A stretch of 63,873 nt of DNA, filler included, from Basidiobolus ranarum (lineage: Eukaryota), in the NCBI GenBank assembly GCA_040143965.1. It is 24 parts of 24 records of this genome, joined end to end, with 100 filler letters (N's around TTAATTAATTAA, not from the genome) between each part and the next. Parts side by side here need not be neighbours in the genome. Positions count along the whole stretch, not along the records: positions 10,698 to 13,269 come from JASJQH010010066.1; positions 13,370 to 15,940 come from JASJQH010010067.1; positions 16,041 to 18,611 come from JASJQH010010068.1; positions 18,712 to 21,280 come from JASJQH010010069.1; positions 21,381 to 23,949 come from JASJQH010010070.1; 19 more parts are not named here. One strand, 5' to 3'. How positions within the stretch are numbered: position 1 is the stretch's first letter; each line of letters begins with the position of its first letter. Below, one piece after another: positions 13,013 through 24,049 of the stretch. A model generated the notes under the pieces. It was not told where the DNA came from. It saw only the letters and a list, made by a program, of their open reading frames with translations, and searched no databases. The position numbers were made by a program, and so were the translations under genes.

Positions 13013-15175
13013 GTCAGTGATGGCTTCCAGATATCATAGGGCCAGACTTTTCTGGGTAGGCTTGTTGGATAATTAATCTTTATTCAACATCATACTTAAC
13101 TTGAGTTATGATACAAATATCAGAAACAGAAAGCAATATATTTATAGCCCCTATATTCTCAACAGGAATATCTCTATATCTATATAACAAGTATGTCTTA
13201 TTACCCCCACTTATCTGTTATATCTTATTACACAAACTCCTGAATATCTCAAACAATTGATTTACATTTNNNNNNNNNNNNNNNNNNNNNNNNNNNNNNN
13301 NNNNNNNNNNNNNTTAATTAATTAANNNNNNNNNNNNNNNNNNNNNNNNNNNNNNNNNNNNNNNNNNNNTCTGACAAATTCTCTGTCTTTAGAGCTTGGG
13401 ATAGACAGCGCAACCATGCAGATATTGATCCATTAATCTCTGTCTTCAAAGACGGTCGTTGGATCAACCTTACTGGTAAAGGCTTTTTTAATTGTGACGT
13501 TATTTATGGGCGATCTGCATCTCCTTTCATGGAGCTGATCGATATGGGTGGAAATAAGGTAATGATGACAGCATATACTAGCTGGGCAAGTGGATGTGGT
13601 GGTTGTTCAGGTGTAGGCATAGATTGGAACGATTTAAGGCTGAATTATAAACACCATAATGTCCACTTTGACTACCAGGAAATCCTTAATTTCCTCCAGC
13701 TCCCTGAACAGTTTATTTTCTCTGATCAACACTCTTTGTAGTGGTTTAAATACCAAAACTATATGTCCCGACTCCTTAGTTTCAAACAACGTTATATCTT
13801 GAATATCCCATGTCTTGTTTCCCCACATATATAAGCGCGAGAGAATAAAACCCATGTACAACAAACCTCGAACTTCTGCCTTTGCTAATGACTTCGTCAA
13901 ATCTACCATTAAGTCATTCGATACACATCAAACATGTATGCCTTCCGTATACACAAAGCACACTCTGAATTGCCCGCCAACCCCTGCACAACATACACGT
14001 AGACTATATCTAATCTTTTATAAACAAGTACCTACTATATAACTCGTCTTCTCTCGCCTGAGCTTATTGGTCATCTCTTGTCTTGAGTCGTGTCTGAAAT
14101 CTGTTGATTGCCCTGGTTGTATTCCACTTTTATCACAATTAGGACATCTATTCAAAGGGACAGTAACTAACAAACAAAAACTGCGGTGGAGAGTAAGCTA
14201 GGTCTTCGATGCAGGGTAATAAAGATCTTAGATATGTCTGCTCAAGAGTATAAGTAGTTATCTCATGCTTATAACGCGGAGTTGGTGATCAACTATTTCA
14301 TTAATGTATAGACTGATTTAATTGCAACTTGCACTGAAAAAGTGGTTGTTCTCAAACAAATCTAATGCAACATAGTTCTCAATCTCAGCAGATCTTTTAT
14401 AGGCCTGTGACACTGAAATGGAAATTAATTTTTCTTTAATAAATAGACTGATCCATTAGTAAACTACCAGGTATTCGGGTAATAAATATATCAGCACTAA
14501 TGGCTGCTTTACTAATATCAGTACCAATGACTGCTTTACTAAAATGACTCACCTGGTTTCATGGATCTCCACAACTGAACCAGTATCAGTGGATTCATTG
14601 TCACAACTATATAAGTTATTATGAGTCACAATATCTACTCTTATTGGATAACGATAATTACGTTGTCCATGAATGCTGTGTGGAATAAATGGATTTTCAT
14701 ATTCGACCTGAACAAAACTAGGTTAGTGATTTGCATTGCCTAGCTTCAATTCAAAATCTACCCAGCTGTAATTCGAAATCTAGCCTAGGAATAACTGTAA
14801 CTATGGACTGCAAATAGTGGAAACCTTTGTTACGCGTTTAGATTAAAGAGTGAAATCATGTGACGCCATCATAAGTATCCACTTACTGCGTCATCCATCC
14901 TTTCCACTACTCTTCTAGCTTCAGGATTAGCAAGTGTCCAGGCAAAGAAATCTGTTTCAAGCAAAGAGTTAGCTAATAAGAAAACTTCTCTTGGTTGCGG
15001 TTTTATCACTTATGAGCCAGAACTTCAGAACACTCCTTAAGATACAACGCAACAGCTAGCATTTAACACTGACTCGTGTCAACCAATGAGATTTGGTCCA
15101 GTTGATTCAGCCAGTGTAAAACCACTCTCACCTGGTGGGTTTGTGCAAGACGTATTTTATCTCTCTCTACAAGAA

Positions 15176-15503
15176 TGTCATTTGACATTAGTCTTTTGCC
15201 TTTCGTAGACTCTGCTTGAGAAGATTGCTTATACTCTTCATTTATTGGCATCATCCTCCCGTCGTTTGTCAATATTGTTGGAGACTTCGTGACTCTATTT
15301 GAAATGTTGTCCACATGTATCATTAATTTACACTATACCCCTGTTGCTTGTAGTAGGCTTTAGCTCTTTGTAAACTCTGCTTGAAAGTGTTGCCCATATC
15401 TATCATTTCTAGGCACCAAACCTCTCATCTATTATCGGAAAACTTTAGCACTTCGTAGGCTTCATTTGCAGTGTTGTACTTTCCCATTATTTCTTGACAC
15501 CGT
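15176..15503 (-). repeat. Four diverged 84-bp units homologous to the 21724-23949 array
   Basis: Minus-strand reading: TVSRNNGKVQHCK*SLRSAK, GLVPRNDRYGQHF/KQSLQRAKAYY, GIV*INDTCGQHFK, MMPINEEY.../KQSLRKAKD*CQMT; about 84-nt spacing. Confidence 0.75.
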
Positions 15504-16040
15504 GCTCTTCGTCAATCATCGGTATACTTCGGTGCTTCTTACGCTCTGCACAAAGCATAAAGGATTAATTGATAAACAGGATTTGAGGACACCAAGGCGA
15601 TCAGAAAACTCATTATGCCATCTTTCTTTACCTGTATGAATAGGAATGCATAGTAAGTATTCGTGAACGATATAAATATGCTCCCGAAAGCGATTGTTCT
15701 ACCATGAACTCTATTTCCTTATGTGCAAAAATAGTGAAAATCAAACTTGATTATTTTACTAATCATTTGACTTTTATTCTTGGGTTTTGTTGCTCAGTTA
15801 CTAGTCTCATGCGTCTCTCAAATATTTGATAATCTTGACTGGGGGGCGCGCGGGGAGGGGGGTGGGGGGGGGGGGTGCGGAGGGGGGGGGTGTGAGGGGG
15901 GGTGGTGGTTGGAAGCGTGGTGGGGAGTAGGATGGTTTTTNNNNNNNNNNNNNNNNNNNNNNNNNNNNNNNNNNNNNNNNNNNNTTAATTAATTAANNNN
16001 NNNNNNNNNNNNNNNNNNNNNNNNNNNNNNNNNNNNNNNN

Positions 16041-16276
16041 CAGGCATCAGCAGCCTGAGGCAGTAGCTGATGAATCTATCAAGCTTAGAGTAGTCTCTTT
16101 GGTTGAGTGGGAGCAGATGTACTCCATATTCCAGACTGGTATCACAAACTGCTTGAGAAGTCTTTGACAGCCATTATAAGATATATTGGGTGGTGTAACA
16201 GCAAGTAACTTGTGAACAGCCTGTTTAGCCAAGGCAATTCTAACTGACAAGTGTTTCTTCACATCAATGCCAGTTT
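16041..16276 (-). mobile_element. Possible LINE-type RT C-terminal remnant interrupted by a copia LTR
   Basis: GIDVKKHLSVRIALAKQAV...RLLKQFVIPV resembles the non-LTR RT thumb region (LYKxFIRPxLEYG). Confidence 0.45.
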
Positions 16277-18055
16277 TATTGAGAAAATATGGGCTGTTTG
16301 GAGGAACTTTAGAAAAGTGGAGTTGTGAATAGCTTTGTGAGATAATTATATATTGTCCAGAAATAAAGCATTTACACATTTTGGTGGAAATACAGAAAAC
16401 TAACACTGGGGTTGTGTTCAGAACATCTGTGGGAGTAAAGTGAGCTATTTTTGGGGTAATTTGGACAAGTTTGAAATTTCCAATATGGAATTGCTAATTC
16501 TCACATTATTCACAGATATATATAATATATGTTCCAACTTTCAGTTAAGTGATATTTGACTAAGTAATGTTAACCAACTTATATGTGATATATGAAATAG
16601 TTAGGTGTTTCAAGATAGAGATAACAAGTATGTTAAAGACAATAAACTTCAACACTCCCACTCAACTAAATATTCACATATATAAATCCCAACTTGAATA
16701 TTGATTCTTCAAATTTTGGTTTGGGTAATGGTTTGGTAAGGATGTCAGCAATCATGTCCTCAGTTGGACAGTACTCTAGTTGGACATGCTTATTCCCAAT
16801 AGCCTCCCTAACAAAGTGATGTTGAATGTCAATGTGCTTACTTCTAGCATAAAATTTGGGATTTTTTGCTAAAGAAATACAACTATGATTATACTGGTAA
16901 AGTATGGAGGGTGAACTTTGAAAAATGCCCAAGTCTTTGAACAGTTTTCTTAACGACATAGCCTCCTTTGTTGTATGTGATGCTGCCATGTTTTCTGCTT
17001 CAGTTGTTGAAAGTGGTATGATAGGTTGTTTCTTGCTATTCCAAGATATGGCTGCTTCACTGTAGAGAAAGGTATATCCAGTGATAGATCTTCTGTCCTC
17101 AATAGCACATCCCCACTCTGCACTACTAAACCCATTTAGATCCCTATTCTCATAAAAATATGTGTATCTTAATCCCAGATCAATTGTCCCCTTCATATAT
17201 CTGAAAATCTGCTAACTGCTGCATAATGCTCAGATCCTGGGTTTTGCACATGTTGGCTTACTACTCCCACTGCAAAAGAGATATCTGGCCGGGTTCCTGT
17301 CATAGCATAGATCAAACTACCTACCATAGATTGATAAGGGAGCTCAGGGCTTTCAAATGACATATTTTGAGCCATATTTGGGCCGATTTCCATCATTTTT
17401 GATGAGATTTTTAAACTGGTTTCACACCTGGATCCATGGGAGTTGATACTGGCTTACAATTTTCCATCCTGTAACGTCTGAAAGTGTCTGAGATGCATTA
17501 AGATTGATTCAGAGTAATAGATTTGCTCAGTATAGCTGTATGGATCAGCAGACCTCAAGAATATGTAAGTTCACCTATATTGGTCATCTTGAATTGGACT
17601 GATAGATCTCTTTTGGTGTTCCTGAGAGCTTCATCACTATTAGTAGATATAAGCAGATCATCTACATATAAGGCAAGTATCACCCTACTGTCCTTATCTG
17701 TCTGAAAGTAGATCCCACAATCCACCATACTCTTTTGGAAATCAAATGATTCCAAGTATGTGTCTATCTTAGTGTAACAAGCCCTGGGTGATTGTTTAAG
17801 TCCATAAAGTGATTTTTGTAGCTTACGCATGTCCTCAGGGTGCTCAGGATCCACAAAACCTTCCGGTTGATCCATGAATATATCCTCTTCCAAGTCTTCA
17901 TTCAAAAAAGCAGTTTTAACATCCATTTGATGGATTTTTAAGCTGTGGTTTGCTGCCACTGCTAGTATGGTTCTGATGGAATTAATCTTTGCTACAGGAG
18001 CAAATGTTACATTGTAGTCCACTCCTTCCAATTGAGAGTATCCTTAAGCCACAAT
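16277..18055 (-). mobile_element. Ty1/copia RT-RNaseH, polypurine tract and 3' LTR (family C, 16277-16654)
   Basis: GVDYNVTFAPVAK, HQMDVKTAFLN, LYGLKQSPR, LYVDDLLI, SKHIDIQHHFVRE, ADILTKPL; PPT GAGTGGGAG directly before a TGTTGAAG LTR start; frameshifted. Confidence 0.95.
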
Positions 18056-18060
18056 TCCAA

Positions 18061-18438
18061 TGTAGTGGGGTAGCATTGCTACCCACTGGCAGGTTGACTC
18101 ATTTCCACTCCGAGCTCATATCATTACTATTACACAATTTCTATTGATTATTCTTATTTGACTTACCCATATTGTCTAGCCAATCATATCACACTATTAG
18201 TATTATCCCCCAAAACTTCAGATTTATCAGTATTAACCCATATTAGCCCTATTATTTTCTGGATATTCTACAATCTTCCAGAACATTCCACAAGATTCTT
18301 GGAATATTTGATGATTGATTGAGTTTTGACCAATCACAACTTGATTTTGCTGGAACATTCCATGACTTTCTGGATTATTCTTCAACCTTCCGGAATATTC
18401 CATAGATTACTAAACTTATGATTTATGATGATATCATA
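18061..18438. repeat. Solo LTR-like repeat family E (second copy 56838-57212)
   Basis: TGTAGTGG...GATATCATA, about 378 bp, shared by two contigs; here it interrupts a copia pol. Confidence 0.7.
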
Positions 18439-18442
18439 ACCC

Positions 18443-18611
18443 TATTGGGAAAATATGGGCTGTTTGGAGGAACTTTAGAAAAGTGGAGTTGTGAATAGCT
18501 TTTGTGAGATAATTATTTATTGACCAGAAATTAAGCATTTATACATTTTGGTGGAAATACAGAAAACTAACACTGGGGTTGTGTTCAGAACATCTGTGGG
18601 AGTAAAATGAG
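18443..18611 (-). repeat. Partial copia LTR family C
   Basis: Near-identical to the sequence starting at 16277 and 28661; further copies at ~58700-58927 and 61113-61218. Confidence 0.85.
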
Positions 18612-18711
18612 NNNNNNNNNNNNNNNNNNNNNNNNNNNNNNNNNNNNNNNNNNNNTTAATTAATTAANNNNNNNNNNNNNNNNNNNNNNNNNNNNNNNNN
18701 NNNNNNNNNNN

Positions 18712-20639
18712 TTTGATTTGAGAAAGAATACCCAAGTATATCTTGTTTTGTCATCAATAAAGGTCATAAAGTACCTTTTCCCTACCAGTGAGATGCTTTT
18801 CATGGGCCCACATAGGTCAAAACAAATCAGGAAAAAATTCTGAGTGGGTTTGATCTCTCCAGAGCTTGAAAACAGCTGTCTGTGATGTTTTCCATTTATG
18901 CAACCTTCACACAGAACCAATTTAGTGATATTTCTAATTTCCAAGCCTGAAACAAGCTGATTTCAGATCATTTGGGTCAGTTTTTGTCCCCAATATGGCC
19001 TAATCTTTTACACAAAGTTTTACAACTTATTTCACCAGTTTTGGCCAAGTTTGCATGCTTAGAATGCAATTTGTTGATATCTAGCAAGTATAAGTTTTGA
19101 GTTTTGATTCCAGTAGCTAATTTGGCATAATTCTGATCTGTAATTTTGCATCCAGCCTTACTGAACACAAAATTAAATCCTTGAGTTTTTACTTGGCTTA
19201 CTGAGAGTAAATTCTTGGCTATATTTGGTACATAGAGTACATCATCTAATTTTGCAGATGGTGTATCTGAATTTTGGTCTAAATCGAGTACAACTGTGCC
19301 CTTACCAACTGCATCTAGCACAAAGTCTTCACCTAGGTAGACTTTCCTTGTTTGATTGGTTTTAAGCTGGAAAACCATTCCTTCATGTTTGATATATGCT
19401 GGGAAGCTCCTGAATCAATGTATCACATTTCTGAGTCTTCTTCAGTGGTTACTGATAGGGCAGACACAAATCGATGATCTCTATCAGTTCTTACTTGCTT
19501 TGCTTGTTCTGATTTTAGCCTTTTGGCAAATATCCTTCTTCTGCAATCTTTGATTAAATGGCCTGGTTTCATACAATACTTGTAGATGATTAATTTCATA
19601 ATAGAGGCACCATTATTGAAGCCTGTTGGACATTTTAAAGCTCCAAAAAATGCCTGTTCTGCATTATTTTGCTGAGAATTAGATCTCCTTAATTCTTCAT
19701 TCAAAAGCCTAGCACCAACATGTTCCATTGTTAATGGCTCTGATCTTGATTCTAGGGCATTTGTGAGCTTCCCAAACTTGTCTGGCAGGCTCCCAAGTAG
19801 TGTCATGACTAAGTCATCTTCATTTAGAGGTGCTCCAATGGATGAGAGCGGATCTACCATAGTGTTTATCCAATTTATATGATTAAGCATAGAATCATCA
19901 GGATTGATCTGAATTGAGAACAATTTCACCTAAGATATAGCCTATTAGCCAGACTTTTATTCTCATATAGTCCCTCAAGTGTTTCCCAAGCATTTTGTAT
20001 GTTTTTGGCTGATTAAATGTGCCTCAATTGAGAATCTCTCAGAAGTAGACAAAGTGTAGATAGTGCTTTCCTCTTCTTCTTGTGAAAGGCAAGGATAGCT
20101 TCTGGTGGTCCCTTGGGCTCTATTCCTTCTCTGATAACAAATCCCCAAAGGTCCTTATCTTTGAGCACCATTTGCATCCTGAACTTCCAAAGGTGAGAGC
20201 CTTCACTATTAAACTACTCTATGGATGCAAAAATGTAGGTAATAGTACTGGTAGACATTCCTTTAACAGCCAGATTGGGGCTCATAACCTGGTAAAAGTG
20301 TTTGGAGGTTTAGAATTGTTTTGGAAAGATTGGGATTTGTGAATTAGGCACTTAAGTTTTGTTGAATTGAATATGTCCTATTTGTAGTTTACTACAAAAC
20401 AGGACTATTGGATGTGCTTAGATCATAATAAACATGCCTGTAAAGCATGGGTGCAAATTTGAGGTGATCTGGGGAAGTTTTGAGAAAATAGTGAAAATTG
20501 GTAAAAGTGATTTAACTCATATTTCTATCAATTAGAGCAATAAACACATGTGTTTGAATGACAGAATTGAGTGCCAAATAATCAGAATAAGAATAAGCTA
20601 ATTACTAAATAATGAGTTGCTATTTACCTAGCTTCAACA
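18712..20639 (-). mobile_element. Ty1/copia 5' half: LTR family A (20290-20639), PBS, gag, protease, start of integrase
   Basis: LTR TGTTGAAG...CCA followed by PBS GGTTATGAGCCC; UBN2-like LLGSLPDKF, zinc knuckle KYCMKPGHLIKDC, YVPNIAKNLLSV, RLGH, CEGCINGK, DLCGPM...FIDDKTRYTWVFFLK; inserted in a CACTA-like transposase. Confidence 0.93.
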
Positions 20640-21280
20640 GGTATTGGATCAATGATCTATATTTGGGTGATTTCATCAAAACCTTAAGATGGGGAATCAA
20701 TGGCATGCAAGCCAAATATGATCAATGTTGACCTGATTCAGTGATTGCCAATTCTGTGCAAACACTACATGACTTCTGGTTTTTCAGATCACTGGTGAGA
20801 GCCAAACAACCATTTGGGCATGAAAGTAGTTTAATTACTGAAGGATCATGAGTCATACAATTGACAAGTGTTTTCCAATTGTATCAGGTCTGTGGCAAGC
20901 AACCATTGCCAATTAACTGTGGTAAAAGTGTAAGAAAACAAATGAACACCAGGTTACTGAGATTGGATTGAACTCTCCACTCCTCAATAATCAAAGCTGC
21001 TTCCTTTACAGTAAGTGTTACAAGTGGACTAATGTTTGCCAATAACAAAGAGTCCATAACAAAACTATTGTCTTCTTCTTCAACTTCTGATATACCACCA
21101 TTAGTACAGGAATAACCAAGGTCAACATCTAGCAGCAATACCTCAAAGTTGTCTGGACTTGCTGGTTCAACCAAAGTTGCATTTTGACCTACATCATTCT
21201 GGTCATATAACTGTGGTAACTCCACATTATCTTGACTTTTGGCAGTGTTACCAAAACTTTGAGGCAAACTACAGTCAGTG
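20640..21280 (-). mobile_element. CACTA-like transposase N-terminal fragment
   Basis: LANISPLVTLTVKEAALIIEEWRVQSNLSN, matching the copies at 4045-4620 and 25500-26200. Confidence 0.85.
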
Positions 21281-21723
21281 NNNNNNNNNNNNNNNNNNNN
21301 NNNNNNNNNNNNNNNNNNNNNNNNTTAATTAATTAANNNNNNNNNNNNNNNNNNNNNNNNNNNNNNNNNNNNNNNNNNNNGCAATTACAGAGTGCCAAAC
21401 TTCAACCAGTAAATGAGTTTTGTAACTTGGTAACCTGCTACATTAGGTAACTAGGCGTGTACCACAGTTCAACCAATAACAACAGGTTTACGAAGCACCA
21501 AAGCCATCAGAAAACTGTTGAGACGTGCATTGATGGTTAGGTCAAACTTTGAGATAAATTACAGGGTTTTACATGAGTCAACTGCACTATCCACATCAGC
21601 ACCGTTGAGCAGGTATCCCGGTCGCGTTAATGATGGAAGTTCAGATCTTTAAGCAGAAATTATATAAATGTGATATCATACTGAATTACCAAACCGTGTT
21701 GATGTTTGTTGTAGATTGCTTAA

Positions 21724-23949
21724 ATGGTGCCAAGAAACATGCCGCATGGGAAAGGCTAAAAGGAGAGTCCTCGCAGTGCTAAAGACTGCCTACATGTGAC
21801 GATGGGAATGGTCCCAAGTAACAAACGTTATAGGACACACTGAAAGGAGAGTCTACGCAGAGCTACAGAATACTGTCAAATGACGAAAGGTATGGTGCCA
21901 AGAAACACGCCGTATGGGAAGCACTAAAAGGAGAGGCTACGCAGTACTAAAAAATACTGACAACCAGGCCCAGAAACAGGCGGTAATTGAAGCACTAAAA
22001 GGAGAGGATGATCAGTGCTAAAGAGTACTGTCCAATAACAAAAGGTATGGTGCCAAGAAATATGCGATATGGGAAGCACTGAAAGGATAGTCTACATAGA
22101 GCTAAAGAATACTGTCAAATAACAAAAGGTATGGTGCCAAGAAACGCGCCGTATGGGAAGCACTAAAAGGAGAGTCTACGTAGAGCTACTGAATACTGTC
22201 AAATAACAGAGGTATGGTGCTAAGAAACATGCCGTAAGGGAAGCACTAGAAGGAGAGTCTACGTAGAGCTACAGAATACTGTCCAATAACAAAAGGTATG
22301 GCGCCAAGAAACACGCCGTATGGGAAGCACTGAAAGGATAGTATATGTAGTGCTAAAGAATACTGTCAAATAACAAAATGTATGGTGCCAAGAAACTCGT
22401 CGTATGGGAAGTGCTAAAAGGAGAGTCTTTGTAGTGCTAAAGACTGCCTACATATGACGATGGGAATGGTGCCAAGTAACACGCCGTATGGGAAGCACTA
22501 AAAGGAGAGGCTAGGCAGTGCTAAAAAATACCAACAAACGACGCAAGGTATGGTGCCCAGAAACAGGCGGTAATGGAAGCACTAAAATGAGAGGCTGATC
22601 AGTGCTAAAGAGTACTGTCCAATAGCAAAATGTATGGTGCAAAGAAACGCGCCGTATGGGAATCACTGAAAGGAGAGTATATGCAGAGCTAAAGAATACT
22701 GTCAAATAAAGAAATATATGGTGCCAAGAAACACGCCATATGGGAAGCGCTAAAAGTAGAGTCTTTGTAGTGCTAAAGACTGCCTATATATGACTATGGG
22801 AATGGTGCCAAGTAACAAACGTTATGGGACACACTGAAAGGAGAGTCTACGTAGAGCTATAGAATACTGACAAATGACAAAATGTTTGGTGCCCAGAAAC
22901 ATACCGTATGGGAAGCACTGAAAGGAGAGTATATGCAGAACTAAAGAACACTGTCAAACAAGAAAATGTATGGTGCTAAGAAACACACCGTATGGGAGGC
23001 ACTAAAAGGAGAGTCTACATAGAGCTACAGAATACTGTCAAATAACAAAGGTATGGTGCCAAGAAACATGCCGTATGGGAAGCACTAGAAGGAGAGTCTA
23101 TGTAGAGCTACAGAATACTGTCAAGTAACAACATGCATGGTGCCAAGAAACACACCCTATGGGAAGCATTTCAAGGAGAGGCTATGCAGCACTAAAGATT
23201 ACTGTCAATTAACAAAAGGTATGGTGCTAAAAAACACCCCAAATGGGAAGTACTATCAGGAGAGTCTATGTAGAGCTAAAAAATACTGTGAAATGACAAA
23301 AGGTATGGTACCCAGAAATCTGCAGTATGGGAAATACTAAATAGGGAGGCTACTCAGTGCTTAAGATTACTGTCAAATAATGAAAGATAAGGTGCCCAGA
23401 AACAGGCCATATGGGAGGCACTAAAAGGAGAGTCTTTGTAGTGCTAAATACTGCCTACATATTATTATGGGAATTGTGCCAAGTGACAAACTTTATGGGA
23501 CATACTAAAAGGAAAGTCTATATAGAGCTAAAGAATACTATCAAATGACAAAATATTTGGTGCCAAGAAACATGCTGTATGGGAAGCACTGAAAGGAGAG
23601 TATATGCAGAGCTAAAGAATACTGCCAAATAATGAAATGGATGGTTCCAGGAAACACAGCATATGGGAAGCACCAAGAGGAGAGTCTTTTCAGTGCCAAA
23701 GACTGCCTACATATGATGCAGGGAATAGTGCCAAGAAGCACACCATATGAGAAGCACTAAAAGTAGAGCTGGAATATACTGACAAACAATGCAAGGTATG
23801 GTGCCCAGAAACAAGTGGTATGTGACATATTAAAAGCAAAGTGTATGTAGTGCTAAAGACTGGTGACAAACAACAAAGGTATAGCAATAAGAATCAACTG
23901 GTATGGAAAGCACTTGAAACACAGTCTATGCACCACTAGAGCTTACTCA
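21724..23949 (+). repeat. 84-bp tandem array, about 27 units with recurring subtypes
   Basis: Consensus ATGGTGCCAAGAAACACGCCGTATGGGAAGCACTAAAAGGAGAGTCTACGTAGAGCTAAAGAATACTGTCAAATAACAAAAGGT; ATG anchors at 21724, 21808 and 21892 are exactly 84 apart. Confidence 0.97.
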
Positions 23950-24049
23950 NNNNNNNNNNNNNNNNNNNNNNNNNNNNNNNNNNNNNNNNNNNNTTAATTA
24001 ATTAANNNNNNNNNNNNNNNNNNNNNNNNNNNNNNNNNNNNNNNNNNNN

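Noticed and set aside
13370-14200. Possible degraded gene on the minus strand
   Set aside because: Stops in all frames and no recognisable motif, so no call can be supported.
15840-15940. G-rich tract, possible G-quadruplex or Gly-rich ORF
   Set aside because: Irregular poly-G at a contig end, typical of low-quality sequence; the C/A-rich start at 50687-50760 is similar.
21724-23949. CRISPR or guide-RNA array interpretation of the 84-bp repeats
   Set aside because: Whole units are homologous, with no unique spacers and no nuclease gene on the contig; the context is eukaryotic.
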